Source of the DNA: the human T2T-CHM13v2.0 reference genome, Homo sapiens
DNA: 64,000 bases
Reading direction: 5' to 3' (one strand)
Assembly: GCF_009914755.1 (NCBI RefSeq)
Contig: NC_060934.1
Part shown: positions 14,991 through 30,549 of the stretch, one piece after another
Layout of the letters: each line of letters starts with the position of its first letter
Position numbering within the stretch: position 1 is the first letter of the stretch
Translations under genes and position numbers: made by a program
Notes under the pieces: generated by a model
Database searches by the model: none
The model's input: only the letters and a program-made list of their open reading frames with translations
What the model was told of the DNA's origin: nothing

Positions 14991-15856
14991 GGCAGAGGAG
15001 TCAAATTCTTGGGTGGCTCTGTCTCTGGTTCTGATCTATGGAATGATTTTTTTTTTCTTTTTTTTGTCCCCATCTCCTTCACAGCTCCTGGATCTCTTCT
15101 TTGGGACAAACCTCATTTTGTATTTTTCTCCATGGCCACATTTGAGATGGACCATAAGGAAATGCCTTTCATGGATGCACAGCAGTTTTCTCTATTCCTT
15201 GTTGCATTGAGTTCAGTGTTCCAGCAAATGACCTGGGAATTGAAGCCTTACGAACACTTTCTAGCAGTTTTCAGTGTTTCTTTAGCAGTGCACTTTCATC
15301 AGAAACGTAGTAAATGTCCTACTCATTTACTCCGGCCAATTTCTTTGATTAGTAACCACAGGTAGAAATGTTGTCTAGGCAATGTCTGTTTTTCTTCTAC
15401 CCTCACCCCCGTAGGCTTTAAGTAAATAATCATTCCATGGAGGGAATTGAAAACGACAGCATCAAATTGGAGAATTATCATTTTTTATTTCATTATGGCT
15501 GAAACATCCCATTTAAGCAGATAAATCTTGATTGAAAGTGCTAGAGAGAGGCTTTAGATCATAAACTTTTTTTTTTCCTGTAAACGGTGTCTCATCACAG
15601 CTGCTTATAACAACTTCTATTTGGCATACAGAGGCAATATTGTTGAACCATTAAAGTTTACAAAGAAATCACACTGAATTTTTATTGTATGCCAGTGATT
15701 GAGTGTTCCTTCACAACTTGAGTGTTTAACAAAGTGGTTTTCCTTTCCTTCTCTGCTGGTAAAGTGACTGTTCCTCATATGATGTTGTTTTTTTCTTTCA
15801 CACAATGCTTGGATGAAATCAATAAAATAAATAAGAAGGCAATTCTGATTTACTTC

Positions 15857-15970
15857 TTTGTTTTACTCCTAATACTGCAGCTCAGTCAGCACATAGTCTG
15901 TGGCTCAATGGTCTTTGTTTTACTCCTAATACTGCAGCTCAGTCAGCACATAGTCTGTGGCTCAATGGTC
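15857..15970. repeat. Perfect 57-bp tandem duplication (2 copies)
   Basis: tttgttttactcctaatactgcagctcagtcagcacatagtctgtggctcaatggtc x2, no mismatch. Confidence 0.97.
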
Positions 15971-16399
15971 ATTGTATGAAAGTTTTTCTGAAATGTTTGA
16001 AGAGTTTACATGTGCATCAAAAAGCTGACCAGCACTTGAGACTTTAATAGTAAAGTTAACAAATGCCTAGAGCCCAATCTCTTATTGACCACCCATTCTG
16101 TATTTTAAAATCTGTTACTTGGCACAACACAATATAGTTAATTAGTGTAATTAATCTGGATAATTCATTCAGTGGCTGTTAGTAATATATTCAATGCAAA
16201 AAATACAATAAAAAGAGTAGTTTAATCATTTAGTTATTTATTTCTTTTCTTTGTTTGTTTGTTTATGACCTAATTAAAAGGCAAGGATTAGCTGTGGAGA
16301 GTGGCATTGTGACTCCATTGTTACTTCAAGGACCCCAAATTCTACTTTCAGCTCCATTAATATTAGCATGTGACTCTCTCCCACTGTGCTTTAAAAATA

Positions 16400-16612
16400 T
16401 CTGTGACTATAGTTCATAATACTGTATTGTATATTTGAAATTTGGTAAGAGAGTAGCTCTGAAGTGTTCTCACCACACACACCCACATAATTGTGACTAT
16501 GTGAGAAGATGGATAAGTTAATGACCTTGACTATAGATATCATTTTACAATGTACATGTATATCAAAATATCACATTGTGTACCTTAAATATATACATTT
16601 TTATGACAAAAA
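16400..16612 (+). mobile_element. L1MA/MB 3'-end fragment
   Basis: gtgactatagtt..aatactgtattgtatatttgaaatttg.taagagagtag...tatcaaaatatcacattgtgtacc. Confidence 0.75.
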
Positions 16613-16618
16613 TATTCG

Positions 16619-19600
16619 CAAGGTCAACTTTATGGGTTAAACCTCTTATGTAATCAGAGAAGTCCCTACACTCAGAAGAAACTTTGTTCTTGGTTTAATG
16701 CCTGTATTAGTCTATTTTCACACTACTAAGACATACCTGAGACTGGGAAGAAAGGTTTAATTGCTGGGGAGGGCTCAGAATCATGATGGGAGGCAAAAGG
16801 CAATTCTTACATGGCAGCAACAAGAAAGAATGAGGAGAAGCAAAAGAAGAAACCCCTGATAAACCCATCAGATCTCCTGAGGCGTATTCACTATCACGAG
16901 AATAGTACAGGAAAGACTAGGCCCCATGTTTCAATAACCTCCCCCCCGGTACTTCCCATAACATGTTGGAATTCTGGGAGATACAATTCAAATTGAGATT
17001 TGGTTGGGGGCACAGCCAAACCATATCATTCCATCCCTGGGCCCTCCAAATCTCATGTCCTCACATTTCAAAACCAATCATGCCTTCCCAACACTCCCCC
17101 CAAGTGTTAACTCATTTCCACATTAACCCAAAATTCCATAGTCGAAAGTCTCATCTGAGACAAGGCAAATCTCTTCTGCTTATGAGCCTGTAAAATCAAA
17201 AGCAAGCTAGTTACTTCCTACATAAAATGGGGGTACAGGTATTGGGTAAATATAACCACTCCAAATGGGAGAAATTGGCCAAAACAAAGGGATTACAGGG
17301 CCCATGCAAGTCTGAAATCCAGCACGGCAGTCAAATTTTAAAGCTCCAAAATGATCTCCTAGTTCCTAAATGATCTCCTTTGACCTCAGGTCTCACACTC
17401 AGGTCACACTAATGCAAGAGGTAGGTTTCCATGGTCTTAGGCAGCTCCGCCCCTGTGACTTTGCAGGGTACAGTCTTCCTCATGGCTAAATTCACGGGGC
17501 TGGCATTTAGTGTCTGTGGCTTTTCCAGGTCCACAGTGTAAGCTGTCAGTGTATCTACCATTATGGGGTGCAGAGAATGGTGACCCTCTTCTCACAGCTC
17601 CATTAGGCAGTGCCCTAGTAAGGACTCTGTGTGGGGTCTCCCACCCCACATTTCCCTTCTGCATTGCCCTAGCAGAGGTTCTCCCTGAGGCCCCTGCCCC
17701 TGCAGCAAACTTTTGCATCCAGGCATTTCCATACATCTTCTAAAATCTAGGTGGAGGTTCCAAGACTCAATTCTTGACTTCTGTGCACTTGCAGGCTCAA
17801 CAGCACATGGACGCTGCCAAGGCATGGGGCTTCCACCCTGAAGCCACAGCCTGAGCTGTATGTTGACCCCTCTCAGCCATGGCTGGAGCAGCTGGGACAC
17901 AGGGCACCAAGTCCCTAGGCTGCACACAGCATGGGGACCCCGGACCTGGCCCATGAAATGACATTTTCCCCCTGGACCTCGGGGCCTGTGATGGGAGGGG
18001 CTGCTGTGAAGGCCTCTGGCATGGCCTGGAGACATTTTCCACATGCTCTTGGAGATTAACATTACATTCCTTGCTGCTTATGCAAATTTTTGCAGCCAGT
18101 TTGAATTTCTCCACTGCAAATGGGTTTTTCTTTTCTCTCACAGTGTCAGGCTGTAAATTTTCCAAACTTTTATGCTCTGTTTCCCTTTTAAAACTGAATG
18201 GTTTTAGCAACACCCAAGTCACCTCTTGAATGCTTTGCTGCTTAGAATTTTTTTTCTGCCAGATACCCTAAATCATCTCTCTGAAGTTTACAGTTCCACA
18301 AATCTTTAGGGCAGGAGCAAGATGCCGCCAGACTCTTTTCTAAAACATAACAAGAGTCACCTCTGCTCAAGTTCCCAACAAGTTTCTCATCTCCCTTTGA
18401 GACCACCTGAGCATGGACCTTATTGTTCATATCACCATGAGCATTTTTGTCAAAGTCATTCAACAAGTCTCTATGAAGTTCCAAACTTTCTTATATTTTC
18501 CTGTTTTCTTCTGAGCCTGCCAAACTGTTCCAATCTCTGCCTGCTACCCAGTACCAAAGTTGCTTTCACATTTTTCAGGTATCTTTTTAGCAGTGACCCA
18601 CTCCCGGTACCAATTTACTGTATTATTCCATTTTCACACTGATGAGAAAGACATACCTGAGTCTGGGAAGAAAAAAGAGGTTTAATTGGACTTACTGTTC
18701 CACACAGCTGTGGAGGCCTTAGAATCATGGTAGGAGGTGAAAGACCCTTCTTACATGGAGGTAGCAAGAGAGAATGAGGAGAAGCAAAAGAGGAAACCCC
18801 TGATAAACTCATCAGATCTCGTGAGACTTATTCACTATCATGAGAAGAGCACAGGAAAGAGCTGCCCCTATGATTCAATTACCTACTGCCAGATCCCTCC
18901 CACAACACGTGGGAATTCTGGAAGATATAATTCAAGTCGAGATTTGTGCAGGGGCACAGCCAAACCATATCAACCCCCTTTTGAAATTTTTAACAATTTT
19001 TTCTTTGAACCTGCACTTTGTAAGTGAATTCCATGAGAAAATAAAGCACGTGCATGAGTAGAGGGGATTTGATGTGTGGCTGTGTACACAGAGGCTCAGA
19101 CCCTAGGCACAGAGGGCAATGAGCAACTTGTAAACAAAACAGTTACACTAGCTAGAAAGTTACAGAAAATAGCAAAGAAAACAATAAAATGCCATTTTAT
19201 AAACTAATATTTAAAATTAAATTTACAATTACCCCAAAATAATTTATTTGAAGACTTAAATATTTTTAGAAAAAAAAAGTTCTATTAGTGTCATCATCTC
19301 CAGATATGCTAAAATATATATTTTAAGCTAATTTACCAGAACCTTATCCACAAATTTTTACATTCTATAAAATACACTTAAGAGTTACAGTACCAATTGC
19401 ATTAGCATAAAAATCCTTTCCAAAATTAGAAATTATAAATATTATCTGGATCTTGCATTTGTCCAAAGAAACTGGCATCACTTTCAACTATACTGCTTAA
19501 AACTGAAATTGCTAAAGTATATATTTAGAAGACAAAGTAAATTGATTTGCAGAAAATTTAGTCCAAAGAATCATATAATCAATCAAATGTCACATTAACA

Positions 19601-19840
19601 GACCATTATTATTTATTGTTATAAAAGTTATGAATGACATAATTTTTTTGTCCTTTGTAATATGATTTTCTGTCATTATATTGTTACTTATATATTACTT
19701 TACCCCCATATCAAATTTTAAAGTAACAAAGTATTTTCACGAAATATTTTATATTTATCTAAACATTTTCCCCTGATTTTTAAACAAGAGTCCCACATTT
19801 TTATTTGTACTGGGTAATGCAAATTTTGTAGCTGGTTCTA
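16619..19840 (+). mobile_element. MER45 (B/C-like) hAT-Tip100 DNA transposon split by the THE1A provirus (16619-16702 + 18973-19840)
   Basis: 5' caaggtcaactttatggg...ctcagaag...ttggtttaatgc continues after the provirus (ttgaaattttt...ctttgaac...ttgtaagtgaa); 3' end acatttttatttgtactggg...gcaaattttgtagctggttct. Confidence 0.7.
16703..18972 (-). mobile_element. Complete THE1A MaLR provirus: LTR 16703-17028, internal 17029-18618, LTR 18619-18972
   Basis: Two LTRs tgtatt...ccaaaccatatca flanking THE1-int; degenerate 5-bp TSD atgcc/acccc. Confidence 0.93.
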
Positions 19841-19960
19841 GATATTTGATAAAACTTCTGGCATTATGTCTACACTGCAGCAAGGAAATAGTAAAAATGA
19901 AATAGCAAGAAAAAAAAGCCATATGTGATAAATATTTCTGTCTTAGAAATACCTTCTTTC

Positions 19961-20865
19961 GGGAGGAGCCAAGATGGCTGAATAGGAACAACTCCGGTCT
20001 ACAGCTCCCAGCGTGAGCGATGCAGAAGACGGGTGATTTCTGCATTTCCATCTGAGGTACCGGGTTCATCTCACTAGGGAGTGCCAGACACTGGGCGCAG
20101 GTCAGTGGGTGCGCGCACCATGTGCGAGCTGAAGCAGGGCGAGGCATTGCCTCACTTGGGAAGCGCAAGGGGTCAGGGAGCTCCCTTTCCTAGTCAAAGA
20201 AAGTGGTGACAGACAGCACCTGGAAAATCGGGTCACTCCCACCCGAATACTGCGCTTTTCCGACGGGCTTAAAAAATGGCGCACCAGGAGAATATATCCC
20301 GCACCTGGCTCGGAGGGTCCTACGCCCACGGAGTCTCGCTGATTGCTAGCTCAGCAGTCTGAGATCAAACTGCAAGGCGGCAGCGAGGCTGGGGGAGGGG
20401 CGCCTGTCATTGCCCAGGCTTGCTTAGGTAAACAAAGCAGCCAGGAAGCTCCAACTGGGTGGAGCCCACCACAGCTCAAGGAGGCCTGCCTGCCTCTGTA
20501 GGCTCCACCTCTGGGGGCAGGGCACAGACAAACAAAAACACAGCAGTAACCTCTGCAGACTTAAATGTCCCTGTCTGACAGCTTTGAAGAGAGCAGTGGT
20601 TCTCCCAGCACGCAGCTGGAGATCTGAGAACAGGCAGACTACCTCCTCAAGTGGGTCCCTGACCCCTGACCCCCGAGCAGCCTAACTGGGAGGCACCCCC
20701 CAGCAGGGGCACACTGACACCTCACACAGCAGGGTACTCCAACAGACCTGCAGCTGAGGGTCCTGTCTGTTAGAAGGAAAACTAACAAACAGAAAGAACA
20801 TCCACACCAAAAACCCATCTGTACATCACCATCATCAAAGACCAAAAGTAGATAAAACCACAAAG
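19961..20865 (+). promoter_or_regulatory. L1 5'UTR internal sense/antisense promoter with YY1 site, CpG-rich
   Basis: CAAGATGGC YY1 motif at the 5' end; many CpGs retained compared with the rest of the window. Confidence 0.8.
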
Positions 20866-21881
20866 ATGGGGAAAAAACAGAGCAGAAAAACTGGAAACTC
20901 TAAAAAGCAGAGCGCCTCTCCTCCTCCAAAGTAACGCAGTTCCTCACCAGCAACGGAACAAAGCTGGATGGAGAATGACTTTGACGAGCTGAGAGAAGAA
21001 GGCTTCAGATGATCAAATTACTCCGAGCTATGGGAGGAAATTCAAACCAAAGGCAAAGAAGTTGATAACTTTGAAAAAAGTTTAGAAGAATGTATAACTA
21101 GAATAACCAATACAGAGAAGTGCTTAAAGGAGCTGATGGAGCTGAAAACCAAGGCTCAAGAACTACATGAAGAATGCAGAAGCCTCAGAAGCTGATGCGA
21201 TCAACTGGAAGAAACAGTATCAGCGATGGAAGATGAAGTGAATGAAATGAAGCGAGAAGGGAAGTTTAGAGAAAAAAGAATAAAAAGAAACGAGCAAAGC
21301 CTCCAAGAAATATGGGACTATGTGAAAAGACCAAATCTACGTCTGATTGGTGTACCTGAAAGTGATGGGGAGAATGGAACCAAGTTGGAAAACACTCTGC
21401 AGGATATTATCCAGGAGAACTTCCCCAATCTAGCAAGGCAGGCCAACGTTCAGATTCAGGAAATACAGAGAAAGCCACAAAGATACTCCTTGAGAAGAGC
21501 AACTCCAAGACACATAATTGTCAGATTCACAAAAGTTGAAATGAAGGAAAAAATGTTAAGGGCTGCCAGAGAGAAAGGTCGGGTTACCCACAAAGGAAGC
21601 CCATCAGACTAAAAGCGGATCTCTCGGCAGAAACTCTACAAGCCAGAAGAGAGTGGGGGCCAATATTCAACATTCTTAAAGAAAAGAATTTTCAACCCAG
21701 AATTTCATATCCAGCCAAACTAAGCTTCATAAGTGAAGGAGAAATAAAATACTTTACAGACAAGCAAATGCTGAGAGATTTTCTCACCAGCAGGCCTGCC
21801 CTAAAAGAGCTCCTGAAGGAAGCGCTAAACATGGAAAGGAACAACCAGTACCAGCCGCTGCAAAATCATTCCAAAATGTAA
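20866..21881 (+). pseudogene. L1 ORF1p, disrupted
   Basis: ATG GGG AAA AAA CAG start; premature TAA/TGA stops and a 1-bp deletion near 21596; ORF track 21226-21612 is ORF1p sequence. Confidence 0.92.
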
Positions 21882-21944
21882 AGACCATCGAGACTAGGAA
21901 GAAACTGCATCAACTAACGAGCAAAATGACCAGCTAACATCATA

Positions 21945-25788
<3,844 letters not shown>

Positions 25789-26552
25789 ACAATGAGAACA
25801 CATGGACACAGGAAGGGGAACATCACACTCTGGGGACTGTTGTGGGGTGGGGGGAGGTGGGGGGGATAGCATTGGGAGATACACCTAATGCTAGATGACG
25901 AGTTAGTGGGTGCAGTGCACCAGCATGGCACATGTATACATACGTAACTAACCTGCACATTGTGCACATGTACCCTAAAACTTAAAGTATAATAATAATA
26001 AATTAAAAAAAAAAAAAAGAAAAGAAATACCTTCTTGCCCAGATACCTCACCTGGTAGTTCTTACATCTTCTTGGCTGTAATTGCATTACATGCTCTCAC
26101 AATTTCAATGAAATTTGTAAAGCAGAGCATTTTAAATTGGGTACATTGCCACTCTGAAAAAAAATCCTTTTTAGATTTCAGTTTAGAGGAAAAAGGGTGA
26201 ATAAATATTAAGGTATCCCTAGGGTATTTTTCATTTTGTTGATGTTGAGGTCATACTTCTAGCTTTGTACCTTATCACAGTCAATATCCCCTTTTCTTAA
26301 TACTTACTTTTTAATGCCTTTTCTATTATTCTGAAATAAAGTTCTGGAAGAATTTTATATGTTACACATATAACATAAAGATAAATTGGTATAATGGACA
26401 AAATCAACTCTAACCATAATCCTAAGGAGAAATAAGAGTAACTATTATATTAGAAGTCATAATATATTGGTAAATGATTATCTCTATATATGGAATTGTA
26501 CCAAAGCAAAAGTTATACTAGCAATAAAAGTTGGTTACCCTCCATAGGCAAC

Positions 26553-28666
26553 TGTATAGTCCATTTTTACATTGCTATAAAAAAATACCTGAGATTGGGT
26601 AATTTATAAAGAAAAGAAGTTTCATTGACTCTCAGTTTCACATGGCTGGGAAGGCCTCAAGAAACTTATAATCATGGCAGAAGTGGAAGGGGAAATAACA
26701 CAAATGTTGCATGGTGGCAGGAGAGACAGTGATAGGGGAATGCCAGACACATTTAAACCGTCAGATCTTATGAGAACTCACTCACTATCATGAGAACAGC
26801 ATGTGGGAACTGCCCCCATCAAGCAATTACCCCTACCAAGTCTCTCCATTGACACATGGGGATTACAATTTGAGATGAGATTTGGGTTGGAACACAGAGT
26901 CAAATTATGTCATTCTGACTCCTCCCCCTCCCAAATCTCATGTTCTTCTCACATTTCAAAATGCAATTATGCCTTCCCAACAGTCCCCCCAAATCTTAAC
27001 TCATTCCAGCATTAACTCAAAAGTCCAAGTCCAAAGTCTTATCTGAGACAAGGTATGTCCTTATCACCTATAAGTCTGTAAAATAAAATAATAAAACAAG
27101 TTAGTTACTTCCAACATACAATGGGGGTACAGGCATTGGGTAATGTTCTTGTTCCATATATGAGAAATTGGCCAAAACAAAGAGGTCACAGGCCCCAAGG
27201 AAGTCTGAAAATTGGCAGGGCATTCATTAAATCTTAAAGCTTCAAAACAGTCTCCTTTGACTCCATGTCTCATATCTAGGGTATGCTGATGCAACGGGTG
27301 AGCTCCCATGGCCTTGAGCAGCTCTACCCTTATGGCTCTGCAGGGTACAGCCCCCAGAGCTACTTTCCTGAGCTGGTTTTTCAGGTGCACAGTGCAAGCT
27401 GTCAGTGGATTTACCATTCTGGGGTATGGAGGATGATGGCCGTCTTCTCACAGCTCCACTGGGCAGTGCCCCAGGGGGTTTCTGTGGTGGGGCTCCAACA
27501 CCACATTTCTGCTCTGCATTGCTATTATAGAGGTTCTTCATGAGGGCTCTGCCCCTGCAGCAGACTTCTGCCTGGGCATCCAGATGTTTCTATATATCCC
27601 CTGAAATCTAGGCAGAAGTTCCCAAAGCTCAACCCACAGGCCCAACACCACATGGAATCCACCAAGTCTTGGGGCTTGCGTTCTCTGAAGCAACAGTCTG
27701 ATCTGTACCTTGGCTCCTTTTAGCCACAGGTGGACCTGGAGAAGCTGGGATACAAGGAGCCATGTCCCAAGGCTGCACAGAGCAGCAAGGCCCTGGGCCC
27801 AGCCCACAGAACCATTTTTGCCTCCTAGGCCACCAGGTCTGTGATGGAAGGGGATAACTTGAAGATCTCTGAAATGCCCTGGAGATGTTTTCCCCATTGT
27901 TTTGATGATAAACATTGGGCCCCTTGTTATTTATGCAAATTTCTGAGCAGGCTTGAATTTCTCCCCAGAAAATGTGTTTTTCTTCTCTACCACATGGTCA
28001 GGCAGCAAATGCTTTAAATTTTTATGCTCTGCTTCCCTTGTAAACACAACTTCCAAATTCAGATAATCTCTGTGAATACATATGATCATATGCTTTTAGA
28101 AAGTTAGGCCACATCTTGAAGGCTTTGCTGCATAGAAATTTCTTCTGCCAGATACTCTAAACCATCTCTCTCAAGTTCAAAGTTCCACAGACCTCTAGGG
28201 CAGAGAAAAAATGCAGCCCGTCACTTCGCTAAAGCATAGCATGAGTGACCTTTGCTCCAGTTCCCAATAAATTATTTATCTCCATCTGAGACCACCTCAA
28301 CCTGGATTTCACTGTTCATATCACTATCAGCATTTTGATCAAAATCATTCAACAAGTCCTTAAGAAGTTCCACACTTTCCCACATCTTCTTGCCTTTTTT
28401 TGAGGCTTCCTGTTTGAATCTGCCTGTTACCCAGTTCCAAAGTTGATTCCACATTTTCAGGTTATTTTTAAAGCAGTGCTGGACTCCTGGTACCAATTTT
28501 CTTATCAGTCCATTTTTACACTGCTATAAAGAATACCTTGGACTGGGTAACTTATAAAGAAAAGAGGTTTCATTGACTCGTAGTTCCTCATGGCTGGGAT
28601 GGCCTCAGGAAACTTACAATTATGGCAGAAGATGAAGGGGAAATAAGACATGTTTTACACAGTGGC

Positions 28667-28703
<37 letters not shown>

Positions 28704-28860
28704 GTATCAGATCTCCTTAGAAGTCACTCACTATCATGAGAACAGCATTGGAGGAACCCTCCCAATGATCCAATTATCTCCTACCAGGTCACTCCCTTGA
28801 CACGTGGGGATTACAATTTGAGATGAGATTTGACTGGAGGCACAGAGACAAACCATATCA
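26553..28860 (-). mobile_element. Complete THE1D/MSTA-like MaLR provirus: LTR 26553-26912, internal 26913-28500, LTR 28501-28860
   Basis: Two ~360-bp LTRs ending ...aaaccatatca, MaLR internal region; TSD gcaac/gccac. Confidence 0.9.
28668..28699. repeat. (GA)n microsatellite in LTR
   Basis: Direct reading. Confidence 0.9.
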
Positions 28861-29094
28861 GCCACTAAATATGATAAGAGGCATTGCTATTAGTGTGATT
28901 TTCTGAAATTAGACAATAAAGTTTAGTAAAAACTTCAAGAAAATAAATGGTTATTTTTCTCTTGATTTATACTGAAGTCAAATTCTTGTGGGGAAAAATT
29001 ATACATTAAAGATATGCTATTAAAAAGTTTGATTCCAGATTCATATGAAAACAAATATGTTTTATGATATAGATATTATATAAGAATATTAAAA

Positions 29095-29272
29095 TGTCTG
29101 CAGTTCTTGAACATATTCTTCCTTGTGCAGATTATTGAACACTTTGCAAGATGTCTAACATCCCTGGTGCCTACTCTCTAAATATTAGTAATGCTTCACA
29201 AGCTATCTGAGAGCCAAAACATCTCAAGAAATGCACCATAGAAAGGTCAAATCTTTCCCCCATTAACCATTT
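29095..29272 (-). mobile_element. MER20 hAT-Charlie remnant
   Basis: ttgcaagatgtctaacatccctggtgcctactctcta...ccaaaacatctc matches reverse MER20. Confidence 0.6.
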
Positions 29273-29599
29273 ATTGAAATTTTTGTTTCATTTGGAAAAC
29301 TAACTTTATTTAAAACTGGATTATTCTGTTTTATTATATCTCATTTCCAAAGCCTTGCCAGTGCCTACTTCTTCCCAGGTAAAATTTTTGCATAGTGCTA
29401 CCAAAATATGCAGTTCTTCCAGTGTACTATGGCATTTCCTTTCTCTATACTGTCACTCGCATGGCATGCTTTGCATAGAAAGTCTTGATCCTATTCCATA
29501 CATACCTATTCAGTTGTGAAATTAACATCAAAGAATATTTTCCTCCATCTCTTAACTTCTGAGCAGTTTCTTATGTTAGTAACTGCTGAATGCTTCTAT

Positions 29600-29800
29600 C
29601 TAAACTCTTCAATGATGTGACATTGGCAAAGTTACGTGTTCTCTTTGAGTATCAATTCCCCAAATTGTAAATTAAGGATATACTAGTATATACATTCTAT
29701 GATAACCACATTCCATTCTATGATTATCATAATTATTATTATTCAATAAGACTGCATAATATGTGTTGAGCACTGTACTTGCCTCATAATTTCTCAGTAA
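29600..29800 (+). mobile_element. MIR remnant
   Basis: tgtgacattggcaaagttac...ctctttgagtatcaattccc..ttgtaaa core. Confidence 0.55.
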
Positions 29801-30229
29801 ATGTTTATTATAATTATTATTGGACACAAAATTATTATTGGATCACAATATGTAATCAGTACTGGATTGCAGACATTCTCAACCTTAGTGTCTTTCTATA
29901 ACAATTACAAGATACTTAAAGAGTTTAAAATTTACAACCAACATTTTCTTCATTTTATAGCAACTTGTAGGAACTCTGTAATTATTTCTTGAAGGAGTTA
30001 AATAAATGCATGTATTAATCCTTCACAACATGGGGTGGAGAAAGATTTGAATGTGAAATTTTGGAGATGCTATCTTCTCTTGAATTAATTTGTCTATGAT
30101 ACTATCTTGATGTCCAGAGTTAAAGTTAAAACCTAAATTAACATTGTCCACTACTACACTTCCAGCCCAAATATTGAAATTAAGGTATTGTAGATAGCCC
30201 TTATATGGAAAACTAATCAGGACTGGAAA

Positions 30230-30490
30230 ATCCTCAGTTTATTGCCCCATGGAAACAACATTATTCTGCAGGATGTCAGAAGTAGTTTTAAAAAAGGAAT
30301 AATGAAAATAGTTCAGGAAATACAAGTTAAATCAAGTTAAATGGAGTAATCTAACTTTCTTTATTGCAAACATTTTCAGAACTTTAATAAGATACAAGAC
30401 ATTAAAAGTCTCAAAGAGGAAGATATTTAAAATCGGGGATCCTAATAGTTTATCTACTATATTACTAAAAATGCTTTTTCTTTCTGTTTA
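30230..30490 (+). mobile_element. MER103C-like hAT-Charlie remnant
   Basis: caagttaaatcaagttaaa...tttctttattgcaaacattttcagaactttaata...tctcaaagaggaagat. Confidence 0.55.
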
Positions 30491-30549
30491 TAAATATCAG
30501 ACAGCAACCTTAGGAAGGAATAATAAAAATTACTTCAACTGTTGGCACA

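Noticed and set aside
15722-15979. 85-aa ORF with an internal peptide repeat
   Set aside because: The repeat is just the 57-bp (19-codon) DNA duplication; no coding evidence.
17437-18642. Overlapping 77-156 aa ORFs (also 27064-28496)
   Set aside because: Fragments of the decayed MaLR internal region.
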